A DNA stretch of 64,000 nucleotides from the NCBI GenBank assembly GCA_016176335.1, contig JACOXI010000003.1, positions 6,920 through 70,919 on the forward strand, written 5' to 3'. A program made the position numbers and the translations under genes. A model generated the notes under the pieces. It was not told the DNA's origin. It searched no databases and saw only the letters and a list, made by a program, of their open reading frames with translations. Within the stretch, counting starts at the first letter, position 1, and each line of letters begins with the position of its first letter. Source of the stretch: Candidatus Daviesbacteria bacterium (lineage in GTDB: Bacteria > Patescibacteriota > Microgenomatia > Daviesbacterales > UBA10151). Shown here in pieces: positions 18,640 to 28,849 of the stretch.

Positions 18640-19625
18640 AAGCCACAGCCATAGCACCATCAAATATAGCCTTTACCAAGTACTGGGGCAGAAAAGATGA
18701 AGAATTAAGACTACCAGAAAATGGATCAGTGTCCATGAGCCTGTCTAATTTATTGACCACCACCACTGTAGAGTTTTCTGATAAATACAATAAAGATGAA
18801 ATCACAATCAATGGCGGTGGGGTGGAAGAAGGAGAAACTAACAGAGTCATTAAACACTTGGAAAGAGTCAGAAAAATGGCAGGTCCGGCAATAGCCGGAT
18901 TAAAAGCTAAGGTAGTTTCTAAAAATAACTTCCCTATTGGGACCGGACTTTCATCTTCTGCTTCAGGTTTTGCCGCACTAACTTTAGCTGCTTCCAAAGC
19001 AGCTGGGTTAGATTTATCGGAAAAAGAGCTGTCAATTTTAGCACGCCAAGGATCTGGCTCTGCCTGTCGTTCTGTCCCTTCCGGCTTTGTGGAATGGCTA
19101 GATGGAGATACATCTGATACATCTTATGCAGTTCAGATTTTTCCTCCTGACTTTTGGGATATAGCAGATGTGATAGCTATTGTTTCAGAGAGTAAAAAAG
19201 CAGTCTCAACTTCTCAAGGTCAACAATCAGCTCAATCTTCCCCTTTTATGGGGGTCCGGCTAAGCCGGATGAAAGAAAAAAATGAAAGGGTTAAAAAGTT
19301 AATTGAAGAAAGAAATTTTAAACAGTTTGGGGAGCTAATTGAGGCAGAAGCTTTGGAATTACATACTATCATGCTTACTCAAACCCCTCCCCTAATTTAC
19401 TGGACTCCAGGAACCTTACAGATTATGAAACTTACTTCCCGCTGGAGAGCGCAGGGTTTACCTGTTTATTTCACCATCAACACCGGCCAAGATATTCATT
19501 TAATTTGCGAACAAAAAAATGTTAAAAAAGTTGTGGCCAAATTAAAAGAGCTGTATTTTGTCAAAGATATTATTGTTAATACTCCAGGAGAAGGAACCAG
19601 GCTTTCAGAAAACCATTTATTTTAA
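18636..19625 (+). CDS. mvaD: Diphosphomevalonate decarboxylase
   Basis: NIAFTKYWG, GLSSSASG, GSGSACRS. Confidence 0.92.
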   Translation: MKATAIAPSNIAFTKYWGRKDEELRLPENGSVSMSLSNLLTTTTVEFSDKYNKDEITINGGGVEEGETNRVIKHLERVRKMAGPAIAGLKAKVVSKNNFPIGTGLSSSASGFAALTLAASKAAGLDLSEKELSILARQGSGSACRSVPSGFVEWLDGDTSDTSYAVQIFPPDFWDIADVIAIVSESKKAVSTSQGQQSAQSSPFMGVRLSRMKEKNERVKKLIEERNFKQFGELIEAEALELHTIMLTQTPPLIYWTPGTLQIMKLTSRWRAQGLPVYFTINTGQDIHLICEQKNVKKVVAKLKELYFVKDIIVNTPGEGTRLSENHLF

Positions 19626-20155
19626 TTAAAAAATCCTGCTTCTTTTAACACCTTTACCCCCTCCACTGCCCAAGGGGCATATTTTTGAGGATTGGCTTCT
19701 ATGTCTTGTAAAAACTCTTTTTTGTTGACCCATTTATACTCATACCCAACATCAGGGTTCATCTTCACCTCTCCATTATATTCCCCCACCAATAGACAGC
19801 AATGCTCGTTCTCACAAAAATCTCCATCTTTGGCAAAATAATTAAATTCTCCCATTCTTTTTAGACTGATGTTTTCTATATCATACTCATTCTTAAGAGC
19901 TCTAAATGTAGCCTCTTCAAAGGTCTCATCTGTACTATCAGCCTGATGTAAAGGATGAGTTGAAGCTGTCAAATCCCATAAATTATCAAAAATTTGATGT
20001 TTTCTCCTTTGTAGTAGAAATTGCCCCGTGGAATTATACAAAAGGACTGTAATTGCCAAGTGTCTTTTACCCTCTCCAGTATGGCCTAATTCTTTTGGGA
20101 TATATTTTAAGAATTTTCCATTGTCATCTACTGCCAAAATTATTTGTTGATCCAT
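19622..20155 (-). CDS. idi: Type 1 isopentenyl-diphosphate isomerase-like protein
   Basis: GH..RHLAITV, LLQRR, ENEHC, PW; convergent on the mevalonate operon. Confidence 0.75.
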   Translation of the reverse strand: MDQQIILAVDDNGKFLKYIPKELGHTGEGKRHLAITVLLYNSTGQFLLQRRKHQIFDNLWDLTASTHPLHQADSTDETFEEATFRALKNEYDIENISLKRMGEFNYFAKDGDFCENEHCCLLVGEYNGEVKMNPDVGYEYKWVNKKEFLQDIEANPQKYAPWAVEGVKVLKEAGFFN

Positions 20156-20901
20156 TAAACTCCTTCAAGCAGAGTGATCGCCATCCAAATAGCTGCCACT
20201 CCCAAAAGAAGCATAATACTTTCCCAAAAAGCCACTTTTTTATTCTCTTGTGAGTGGATTTCTGGGATTAAATTGGCTGAGGCAATATAGATGAAAAACC
20301 CTGCAGTTAAGGCTAAAGCTACCGGCAGCAAAGCTTCAATGGAATCTTTGGCCAGATAAGTTAATATAGCACCAGCTAGGCTAGCTAAGGCAGACAAAAA
20401 ATTAATTTTTAACACTCTGCCCCTGGCCATACCTTTGTGAAGCATTAAGCCAAAATCTCCAATTTCTTGTGGTATTTCATGGGCGGCCACAGCCAAAGAG
20501 GTCACTATCCCTAAGGGAATACTGACCAAAAATGTGGCAGCTATGGCTACCCCATCAATGAAATTATGAACTGTATCCCCCACCACAATCAAAGGTACAA
20601 CAGATCTTTTTGCCTCCGGTTGATCGCCATGACCATGATGATGTATAAAGCGCTCCAAAAGGAAAAAGACCAAGATGCCTAAAATAGCCCAAAAAAAGAT
20701 GTTTACCTCCCCTGCACTCTCAGATGCCTCAGGCATTAGATCCAAAAAAGCTGTACCAAGCAAAGTCCCGGCAGCAAAAGCTGTTAGAAAATGAGAAATT
20801 TTCAGAGCAAATTTCTCTTTAATTAACAGTAATAATCCTCCAATTAAAGAGATGATACTACCGAGCAGTGTAAAAATTAGAATATATCCTAAAATATCCA
20901 T
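20155..20901 (-). CDS. ZIP family metal transporter
   Basis: HHHGHG loop, HNFIDG, HEIPQEIGDF. Confidence 0.92.
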   Translation of the reverse strand: MDILGYILIFTLLGSIISLIGGLLLLIKEKFALKISHFLTAFAAGTLLGTAFLDLMPEASESAGEVNIFFWAILGILVFFLLERFIHHHGHGDQPEAKRSVVPLIVVGDTVHNFIDGVAIAATFLVSIPLGIVTSLAVAAHEIPQEIGDFGLMLHKGMARGRVLKINFLSALASLAGAILTYLAKDSIEALLPVALALTAGFFIYIASANLIPEIHSQENKKVAFWESIMLLLGVAAIWMAITLLEGV

Positions 20902-20914
20902 ATTAATTCTTATT

Positions 20915-21532
20915 CTAACAAGAAAATTGCCCTTCCCCACAAGGTGATGGTAATTCTTTTGTCTTGGGGGTTCCGGGTTCTTTGCCTGGAAAAATATAAT
21001 CTTGGGGTTTTGTCAGATTCCACTCATGCTCATGATTCCAAAGAGTCCAAAAATACCTCCATTCGTTCCAACCAATCCCCAAATGTTTAACAAAAATACC
21101 ATTTTCCGCCAAAGCTAAGCCAATTTTTCTGCCTGTCATACAGGGCATGCTATAACAGTAAACAATTATCTCCCTATCTTTTGGTAACTGCCTAAACTGG
21201 TTTATTATCCTTTCTTTTTCTTCGTAAGCTGAAGTGTCCGGGTCTTTATAAGCAGGAATATTAACAGCCCCGATAATATGTTCTTTTTCATATTCCTGGG
21301 TACTTCTTAAATCAACCAGGGTATAACTATTATCTCCCTTATCCATCATTCTTCGCAAACTATGAGGGCTGACATAAACTGCATTTTCCGTTGCATAAAA
21401 ATCATAGATTAACTGGTCAGCAGTTTTTTTAACCTCTTTTTTGGAAAATAAAATAGTATAACTGACACTTCCTCCTATTATCGCCCCCACTATTGCTGAT
21501 AAAATTACTGTCTTTAAAAGATGCTTACTCAT
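20915..21532 (-). CDS. Membrane-anchored rhodanese-like protein
   Basis: VDLRSTQEYEKEHIIGAVNIP, VYCYS. Confidence 0.85.
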   Translation of the reverse strand: MSKHLLKTVILSAIVGAIIGGSVSYTILFSKKEVKKTADQLIYDFYATENAVYVSPHSLRRMMDKGDNSYTLVDLRSTQEYEKEHIIGAVNIPAYKDPDTSAYEEKERIINQFRQLPKDREIIVYCYSMPCMTGRKIGLALAENGIFVKHLGIGWNEWRYFWTLWNHEHEWNLTKPQDYIFPGKEPGTPKTKELPSPCGEGQFSC

Positions 21533-22184
21533 TACTTTTTTCAATTCCTTTTTGTATTATACTCTTAAATTCCTCCAAATTCTTCGGGTTTTGTATTTTC
21601 TGGCCATTTATAAAAAATGTTGGTGTGGCATTTACTCCTGCTTTTACTGCGCTTTGGTAGTCTTTTTCCACTTCATCTCTTACCTGGTTAGACTCTAAAT
21701 CTTTCTTAAACTGTGCTAAATCCAATCCCAAATTTTGGGCATATTTTTCAAAAAGACTCCTAGGGTCTTGTACCTTTGCCCATTCTTCTTGTAAGTCAAA
21801 CAATAAATCATGCATCTGCCAAAACTTGCCTTGTTTGCCTGCAGCTTCTAATGCTTGGGAGGCAAGTTGAGAATTGAAATGAATTGATCTTAGAGGAAAA
21901 TGACGGTAGGCAAAAGTTATGGAGTCGTCAAATTCTTCAACTATTCTCTTTACCAGGGGATAATAAACTTTACAGGCAGGACATTGCAAATCAGAATACT
22001 CAATTAAGGATACCCTAGCCTCTCTTTTCCCTTTGATCCAGTCAGAATCTGAAACAAGATCAACTTGTGTAGTTACTAAGTTTTTATTTTCCTTTTCCTG
22101 TTCCACAGATTTAAGGAAAAGAACTGCCAGAGCTATCGTAGAAACAATAATAATACCCAGAATAATGGCTAATTTAGTTTTCAC
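21525..22184 (-). CDS. DsbA-family thiol-disulfide oxidoreductase
   Basis: EYSDLQCPAC, RHFPL, ATPTFFING. Confidence 0.92.
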   Translation of the reverse strand: MKTKLAIILGIIIVSTIALAVLFLKSVEQEKENKNLVTTQVDLVSDSDWIKGKREARVSLIEYSDLQCPACKVYYPLVKRIVEEFDDSITFAYRHFPLRSIHFNSQLASQALEAAGKQGKFWQMHDLLFDLQEEWAKVQDPRSLFEKYAQNLGLDLAQFKKDLESNQVRDEVEKDYQSAVKAGVNATPTFFINGQKIQNPKNLEEFKSIIQKGIEKSNE

Positions 22185-22807
22185 TATTGCTCCACGGTCT
22201 TTTCAGGACCCTGGTTTAGATGAGTATCTATAAACTTTTCTATCCTAGAAGCGTCAAACTGATCAAATTTATCAATATAAGTCCAGGCTGTTAAAGCAAT
22301 TCTTACATCCATATTTGGTCTGGGAATAACAATCAATTTCTTTTTGCCCTTTTTCTCATATACTGAAATTAACTGATCTACCAATTTATGGCAATCAGCG
22401 GATCTAAAAGCAGCAGATAAGGTGGCAGAAGGACTGGACTCTGAAGCTGATGACGTGGCTTCCTCCTCTATCCCATGAGCATAAACTGTTCCCTGTAACC
22501 TGTACCCTGTACCCTGTTTCTCGCAGTTATACGACATAATCACATATCCATGTTCCAAAGAGTGAATCAAATTTCCATCTTCTTTGGGGGCCTCATATAT
22601 CCCGCTTCTTACCCAATCTGCATAATGAGAACCTGATGTAGGTGGATTGGAATTATAATCTACTTTTTCTGAAGCTGGCACATGTTTTCTGCCTAAATCC
22701 GCTACTTTAATACCTGGTAAAGGTTTTGATGAAGCTATAAACAACCAAACCAAGAACCCTCCAAAAGCTAAAATTGCTACAGTGATTAAAATATATTTAT
22801 TATCCAT
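22184..22807 (-). CDS. DUF3105 protein
   Basis: YNSNPPTSGSH, HSLEHG, LTAW, GPE. Confidence 0.85.
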   Translation of the reverse strand: MDNKYILITVAILAFGGFLVWLFIASSKPLPGIKVADLGRKHVPASEKVDYNSNPPTSGSHYADWVRSGIYEAPKEDGNLIHSLEHGYVIMSYNCEKQGTGYRLQGTVYAHGIEEEATSSASESSPSATLSAAFRSADCHKLVDQLISVYEKKGKKKLIVIPRPNMDVRIALTAWTYIDKFDQFDASRIEKFIDTHLNQGPEKTVEQ

Positions 22808-22817
22808 GAAAACTTCC

Positions 22818-23564
22818 TTATCGAAATTCTAGCACAAAAGCGGAAGATCCCAAAATACCCAGAAAATACCTTGATAAAAAAGTATAATATCCTGTAATGA
22901 GTAAAACACCGATTAGTATTATCAGAACCCCGGTAATTTTTTGAATTTGTGGCAAGTATTTATTAAGCCTTGATAGCTGGGGGGTAAGTTTATCAAAAAG
23001 TAAGGCAATCAAAAGAAACGGCGTGGCCAGACCAATTCCAAAGACCGCCATCAAGATAACAGCCGACAGAATATTTTGACCTAAAGAGGAAAGCACCAGA
23101 ATTGTTGCCAGAACCGGGCCAATACAGGGAGTCCAGGCAAAGCCAAAAATAAGCCCCATTAAAAATCCGGATATTGGTTTTCCGCCTTTTACCCTACCTA
23201 AATGAAAACCTCTTTCTTTGGATAAAAAAGGCACTTTTAAAACATTTAAAAAGTATAGTCCCAAAATTATTACCATCACTCCCCCCACTTTATCTATATA
23301 ACTTCTATAAGGACCCAGCATCCTGGCCAAGCTGTTAACAGTTAATCCCAATAACATAAAAACACCGACAAATCCCGCCACAAAAAATAAACCATTAAAA
23401 AAGGCTTTAAATCTGGCAACTTCCAAACGGCGCAGACTATCAATACTCACTCCTGAAAGATATCCTAAATAAACAGGCACAATGGGAGCTACACAGCCGG
23501 CAAAAAAAGTTAAAACACCTGCCAGAAAGGCAATTAAAAGATTTAATAGATTTATCTCAACCAT
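22818..23564 (-). CDS. ccdA: CcdA/DsbD-type membrane disulfide reductase
   Basis: GCVAPIVP, WTPCIGPVL, multiple TM helices. Confidence 0.88.
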   Translation of the reverse strand: MVEINLLNLLIAFLAGVLTFFAGCVAPIVPVYLGYLSGVSIDSLRRLEVARFKAFFNGLFFVAGFVGVFMLLGLTVNSLARMLGPYRSYIDKVGGVMVIILGLYFLNVLKVPFLSKERGFHLGRVKGGKPISGFLMGLIFGFAWTPCIGPVLATILVLSSLGQNILSAVILMAVFGIGLATPFLLIALLFDKLTPQLSRLNKYLPQIQKITGVLIILIGVLLITGYYTFLSRYFLGILGSSAFVLEFR

Positions 23565-23569
23565 GTAAA

Positions 23570-24301
23570 TTAAGACTGAAGAAGAGAATCTATGGCGGGC
23601 TTGAGTTGTTCAAATGGCACTGCCCCGGGAACAGCTATGGTTTTGCCGGACTTAGTATCCAGTAGAATATTACCAGGAGTACCGGTCACACCAGCTTTGA
23701 TACCTGATTGGTAATCTTCTTCAACATGAGCTGCGTATTTACCAGAATCCAAACAAGCCTTGAATTTATTTTGATCCAAACCTACTTGAGCAGCTAATTT
23801 TGGCAAATCATCCAAATTTAAACCATTATTAGAGGGAGTCACTTCAAAAATTTTATCTGTCATCTTCCAAAAACCATCATTACCCGAAAGTTCTGCTGCA
23901 CATTCTGTGGCCTCCGCTTCTTTGTCAGCTTTGGAATGAATTTGATCCAGAGGGAAATGTCTGTAGACCCAAGCCACCTGGCCTTTGTATTCCGAAACTG
24001 CTTGTTGAGCTGTTGGGTGAAATCTTTTGCAAAATGGACATTCCAGATCTGAATATTCAATCAGAAGTATGCGGGCATTTTTATTGCCGCGAATATGATC
24101 ATCGGCTCTTAATTTTTCCACCTCTACCTTGGTAGGCTCTGCTGGTTGAGCTACTTGAGGGGGTTGGGCAGGAGCAGCAGTTCCTGTTGTGACCTTCCCC
24201 ACTTTAATTATTCCCCCATGCAAAAGGATAGCAACTGCTATTACCAAACAGCCCAGAAGGATTGCTAAAGGGGTGGTTAAGAAGGAATTTTTATCTGTCA
24301 T
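23570..24301 (-). CDS. DsbA-family oxidoreductase
   Basis: EYSDLECPFC, RHFPL, GTPG, GAVP. Confidence 0.92.
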   Translation of the reverse strand: MTDKNSFLTTPLAILLGCLVIAVAILLHGGIIKVGKVTTGTAAPAQPPQVAQPAEPTKVEVEKLRADDHIRGNKNARILLIEYSDLECPFCKRFHPTAQQAVSEYKGQVAWVYRHFPLDQIHSKADKEAEATECAAELSGNDGFWKMTDKIFEVTPSNNGLNLDDLPKLAAQVGLDQNKFKACLDSGKYAAHVEEDYQSGIKAGVTGTPGNILLDTKSGKTIAVPGAVPFEQLKPAIDSLLQS

Positions 24302-24351
24302 GGTTAACTCAGTCTAAAGGGAAAAATTAACTATGTCAATACTCGAAAATT

Positions 24352-24963
24352 TCAATTAAACTGATTTTGGGCTTTTTCCAAGCCCTGTTCCAAAAGAATA
24401 TCTAAAGCTTTAACAGCCTGTTTTATCATATGTTTTACTTTTGATTTTTCAGAATGCCTGAATGGTTCCAATACAAACTTATTTGTATCAACATGAGCGT
24501 GTTTATGTTCTGAACTTTGAGTTCGTAAATTGCCGATACCTAATCTTACTCTGATAAATTTATCTGTACCTAAAGAATTAATTATGGATTCCACTCCATG
24601 ATGTCCTGCTGCTGCTCCTCCCAATCTGACTTTAATTTTTCCCAAAGGTAAATCCAAATCATCATGAATCACAATTAGATCGGTAGTCGACTCGCCTCGC
24701 GAAGCGGGTAGTTTGTAGTATGTAGTAAGGAGTTTTACAGCTATCCCAGAGTTATTCATATAGGTTTGAGGTTTTACAAGGGTTAAGCGGGAAGCGTTAA
24801 GGGTGAAGTCTAAAATTTCAGACTTAAATTTTTCTTCATATTTCCAACTTTCCCCTTGCCCCTTTACCCTTTTCCCTAACTCCTCCACCACCATAAACCC
24901 CAAATTGTGCCTGACTTTGGTATATTTTTCCCCTGGATTTCCCAAACCAACTATTAATTTCAC
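24352..24963 (-). CDS. pth: Peptidyl-tRNA hydrolase
   Basis: LIVGLGNPG, RHNLGF, KPQTYMNNSG, HDDLDL, GHHG. Confidence 0.96.
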   Translation of the reverse strand: MKLIVGLGNPGEKYTKVRHNLGFMVVEELGKRVKGQGESWKYEEKFKSEILDFTLNASRLTLVKPQTYMNNSGIAVKLLTTYYKLPASRGESTTDLIVIHDDLDLPLGKIKVRLGGAAAGHHGVESIINSLGTDKFIRVRLGIGNLRTQSSEHKHAHVDTNKFVLEPFRHSEKSKVKHMIKQAVKALDILLEQGLEKAQNQFN

Positions 24964-25769
24964 CCTCTTAATGCCTCCAAGATTTGCTCATGGATTAACC
25001 CATTAGAAGCTACTATATTTACTCTTTCCTTAGTCCAATCAGGCTCCTTACCTTCAAAATCTGTCACCATCCCACCTGCTTCCCTAACAATCACTGTCCC
25101 AGCCACAAAATCCCAAGGATATGCATAATTTACATGTAGATCTAAGATACCTTCTGCCACCATACTCAATGAAGCTACAGCTGATCCAAAAGAATAAATA
25201 TAACCTATTTTTGTAATTAACTTGTTCACATATAGATTCAGTTTATGCTGCCTTTTTAGGTTGTGGCCAAAATCTAATACCCCAACTGATGCAGTCAAAC
25301 CTTTTTTCTTGCTAACTTGAATGGCTTTCCCATTCAAATAAGCAGAGCTTGCCTTTCCTTCTGACAGGAAAGACCCCTGTCCTTTTTGTGCCCAATATAA
25401 ATTGTTAAAACTGACGTTATATATTACGCCTAAAATTGGTTTTCCCTCCCCTAAAAGACCAATGGATACAGAAAAATATGGGATACCTGAACCGAATGAG
25501 ATGCTACCATCTAAAGGATCTACAACCCAAGTAAATTTAGATTTTTTATCTATTTTTGCTTCCTCTTCAGATATTAAGTTATGGTCGGGAAAACTAGAAG
25601 TTAATATCTTTACTATGATTTTTTCAGCTTCAAGGTCTGCCTCAGTTGCATAATCTGTGGGATCTTCATGCTTAACATTTTTATGTTGATCCTTACCAGA
25701 ATATTTTTTTATTATCTTCCCAGCCTCCAAAGCAGCTTGTTTGGCAACTTTTAAAAATTGATTATCCAT
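24960..25769 (-). CDS. Inositol monophosphatase family protein
   Basis: TEAD, SEE, VDPLDG, PWD. Confidence 0.9.
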   Translation of the reverse strand: MDNQFLKVAKQAALEAGKIIKKYSGKDQHKNVKHEDPTDYATEADLEAEKIIVKILTSSFPDHNLISEEEAKIDKKSKFTWVVDPLDGSISFGSGIPYFSVSIGLLGEGKPILGVIYNVSFNNLYWAQKGQGSFLSEGKASSAYLNGKAIQVSKKKGLTASVGVLDFGHNLKRQHKLNLYVNKLITKIGYIYSFGSAVASLSMVAEGILDLHVNYAYPWDFVAGTVIVREAGGMVTDFEGKEPDWTKERVNIVASNGLIHEQILEALRG

Positions 25770-25800
25770 GTTTTTAAATCTTTTCAAAAAGACAAAGTCC

Positions 25801-26607
25801 TTATGTTTTTAAAACATCTAAGATTTGGTTGTGCAAGACACCATTTGATGCCACAATTTCTAATCTTTTTTTTGACCAGTTAATTTTTGCTCCTTTGCTA
25901 TCTGTTACTTTACCACCTGCCTCAGTCACAATAATTGCCCCTGCGATACAATTCCAAATATTAGCTTCATTTGCAAACCCGTCAAAAGAACCTCTGCCTA
26001 TTAATGCCATCATTAATACATCCCCTCCCAAAGCAAATGGGTAACGGATTTTATCAATCAAAGGCAAAATATACTTTTGAGTTTTACTCATCCTTTTTTC
26101 ACGGTGGGCAAAATCTATTCCCAAAATTGCCCCATCCAATTTTTTTGTTTGAGAGACCTTTATCTTCTTACCATTTAGATATGCACCTTTACCTATAGCA
26201 GCATGGTAAAGATCTTTCGGTACAACATGATAAATAACACCCAAGATAGGATTATTTTTGTGTAATAAACCAATGGAAACTGTATATGTTGGTAAACCCA
26301 CTGAAAAGGCAATTGTCCCGTCCAAAGGATCAATAACCCATGTGTAGTCTGATCCTAAATCTGAGATACCTTTTTCTTCGGCAATATAGTTAAATTTGGG
26401 ATAGTTTTTGTGCAGAATCTTTAAAATTGCCTTCTCTGATTCTAAATCTGCTGCTGTTACAAAATTACTGTGATCACCATTTTTATTTTTTTTATCTAAG
26501 TCTTCACCAAGATATTTAGAAATTATTTTCCCTGCCTCAAGTGCAGCCTGTTTTGCTACTTTCAAAAATTTTAGATCGTTAGATCGCAAGCTTTGCTTAT
26601 CATTCAT
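25801..26607 (-). CDS. Inositol monophosphatase family protein (tandem paralogue)
   Basis: VTAAD, AEE, IDPLDGT; WN replaces the usual WD. Confidence 0.88.
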   Translation of the reverse strand: MNDKQSLRSNDLKFLKVAKQAALEAGKIISKYLGEDLDKKNKNGDHSNFVTAADLESEKAILKILHKNYPKFNYIAEEKGISDLGSDYTWVIDPLDGTIAFSVGLPTYTVSIGLLHKNNPILGVIYHVVPKDLYHAAIGKGAYLNGKKIKVSQTKKLDGAILGIDFAHREKRMSKTQKYILPLIDKIRYPFALGGDVLMMALIGRGSFDGFANEANIWNCIAGAIIVTEAGGKVTDSKGAKINWSKKRLEIVASNGVLHNQILDVLKT

Positions 26608-26620
26608 ATTAAGTAAAGAT

Positions 26621-26757
26621 AGCGAAGTCACAAGCAGTCAAAAAATGTTGTGCAGTTGAGCATACCACTTTATTCATGACCGATTCCATTCCATGGCGCG
26701 AAACGAACACAAGCGAGCGACCTGGTCGCGCGAGCGCTTTTTTGCGCTGTGACGAGC
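26621..26757 (+). repeat. ~138-nt structured dispersed element, copy 2
   Basis: Homologous to 13235-13373 and 57814-57951. Confidence 0.85.
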
Positions 26758-27398
26758 TAGCTTGTCAATAATTGTACCACCTCTTCATCTGATACAGGCT
26801 CAAATTTGTGATAAAACTGGCCAACTGCCTGGAAATACTCAGGTGTTTCCAAAACCACTACCTCCCCGAACTCTCCTAACTCCCTGATGATTTTCTCTAC
26901 TGGTTCTTTACTTGCCACAGGTATGGCCAAGATTATTTTTTTAGCTTCATGCCTTTTTAAATACCTGACAGCAGAAAGTGTTGTTGCACCTGTGGCAATC
27001 CCATCATCAACAAGGATTACAGTTTTACCTCCGACATTAAGAGGTTTTTTTTCTCGCCTATATAAATCCTCTCTCCTTGTTATCTCTTCTACCTCATTTT
27101 TCACTGTTTCCTTCAAATCATAAATCGTTGATCCTAAATCATCAATCAAATTCTGATCCCACACCACCTCACCATCCGGATCTACTGCTCCCAAAGCCAA
27201 TTCAGGCTGGGTCAGGGCACCTATTTTTCTGGTCACAATAATATCCAAGGGTAAGTTTAATGATTCTGCTACTGCGGATGCCACCACCACTCCTCCTCTG
27301 GGAATACCAAGTACCAGGACATTATCTTTACCTTTGTAGTGTTTAAGATGTTTTGCGAGCAATTTCCCGGCTGATTGTCTATCTTTAAAAATCTTCAT
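26757..27398 (-). CDS. Phosphoribosyltransferase family protein
   Basis: GIPRGG, VDDGIATGAT, AVGQFY. Confidence 0.92.
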   Translation of the reverse strand: MKIFKDRQSAGKLLAKHLKHYKGKDNVLVLGIPRGGVVVASAVAESLNLPLDIIVTRKIGALTQPELALGAVDPDGEVVWDQNLIDDLGSTIYDLKETVKNEVEEITRREDLYRREKKPLNVGGKTVILVDDGIATGATTLSAVRYLKRHEAKKIILAIPVASKEPVEKIIRELGEFGEVVVLETPEYFQAVGQFYHKFEPVSDEEVVQLLTS

Positions 27399-27474
27399 TA
27401 AAATTTAAAGTGTTTTGGGAATTTTTACATTTTAATATGTCATTTTTATTTTTGATATTTACATTCTACATTTA

Positions 27475-28845
27475 CTAATCGAACAACCCCAATTGTGGGG
27501 CTTGATCTTCCTTCTTTTCTTCGGCTCCGTCCTCTCTCTCGTTCCATATCTTCACCACCCCATATACTCCATCATAGCCCGGATCAATCACCAAATCTGC
27601 CTGTCGCACTTTTCCCACTCCTTCTGCAATCTTGGGGCCTGATATTTTGGCTATTTCATCTAAAGATGTTTTGGTCAAAACCTTTATCTCTCCTCCCAGA
27701 TTAGTCACTAACTTTTTATACTCTAAAATCACCTTTTGGGTTGTTGGAGCAGTATGAAAACTTTCAGCAATAATTTGTATTAAAGGCACCAGCATTCTAT
27801 ATCCCGGCCTAGTTGGAAAAGTTTTGCTTTTTATTACTCCTCCTTCATTGTCCATTGTCAATTGTCCATTGTTTCGCGAAGCGAGAACTTCCACCCTCTC
27901 CATTACCCCCACAGTCAAACCTCTACCGCATTTAGGGCAGATCGTACCTTTGGTCTTGGTCTCTTCCGGAGTATACTTTATATTACAATTTCTATGCCCT
28001 GTGTAATGATACTTTCCTTCTTCAGGATAAAATTCTATAGTTCCTGCAATTTTTTGCTCTTTTATTGTCATAAATAACCCTGAATAACCCTCACTTATCT
28101 CCCCATCAAATACTGTTGCTTCTCTGCCTAAATTTGGTAAGGAGTGGGCATCTGAAAAAGAGATAATTGATCTGTTGTCAAGCTCTTTTATCCTCCAGTT
28201 CATGGCCGGGTCAGAACTTAATCCTGTTTCTATTCCATAAATATACTGTGTTAGATCCTCAAAACATTCTTTCAGAGAATCATAGCCTGACTCGGAACCA
28301 AAAATTCCAAACCAAGGAGTCCAAGCATGAGCCGGAATAAAAAGAGCTTTTTCCGATGCCTGCAAGGCCAAAGACAGTAAGTCTTTTGAAGGTATTCCCA
28401 CAATAGGCCTGCCATCAGAACCTAAAGTTGCTCTTCTTGATAAAAGCTCCTTTTGAAATCTCTCCGCGGAAACAAAATCAGGCATAAAAACCAGATTATG
28501 TACTCTTCTTCCCCTACCTTTCTGGGAATACATTGAAGCAATTTCCACAGTTAAAACAAATCTTACCCCCCGCCTTTGGCGAGGCTCGCTCGCCTCGTGG
28601 CGAAGCAACGGGCCTTCGGCAGCTTCACCTTTTCCGCTTTCCCCTTTCATACTTAAAAATCCAGACCCATCCTCTGTCAAATCTTTTTTAAGCTCCGCAA
28701 ACCAAAGTGGGTGCAAAAAATCCCCTGTACCCAAAACATCAATGCCTTTATACTTTGCCCATTCAACCAAATTTGGAACATTTAATTGGGGGGAGCAGGC
28801 CCGGGAGTATTTGGAGTGAATATGCAAATCAGCCACATATGCCAT
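27475..28845 (-). CDS. Endonuclease Q family (PHP domain plus Zn ribbon)
   Basis: DLHIHSKYSRA, PAHAWTPW, GLSSD, SDAHS, GKYHYTGHRNC, CPKCG, PGYDGVYG. Confidence 0.88.
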   Translation of the reverse strand: MAYVADLHIHSKYSRACSPQLNVPNLVEWAKYKGIDVLGTGDFLHPLWFAELKKDLTEDGSGFLSMKGESGKGEAAEGPLLRHEASEPRQRRGVRFVLTVEIASMYSQKGRGRRVHNLVFMPDFVSAERFQKELLSRRATLGSDGRPIVGIPSKDLLSLALQASEKALFIPAHAWTPWFGIFGSESGYDSLKECFEDLTQYIYGIETGLSSDPAMNWRIKELDNRSIISFSDAHSLPNLGREATVFDGEISEGYSGLFMTIKEQKIAGTIEFYPEEGKYHYTGHRNCNIKYTPEETKTKGTICPKCGRGLTVGVMERVEVLASRNNGQLTMDNEGGVIKSKTFPTRPGYRMLVPLIQIIAESFHTAPTTQKVILEYKKLVTNLGGEIKVLTKTSLDEIAKISGPKIAEGVGKVRQADLVIDPGYDGVYGVVKIWNEREDGAEEKKEDQAPQLGLFD

Positions 28846-28849
28846 GAGG

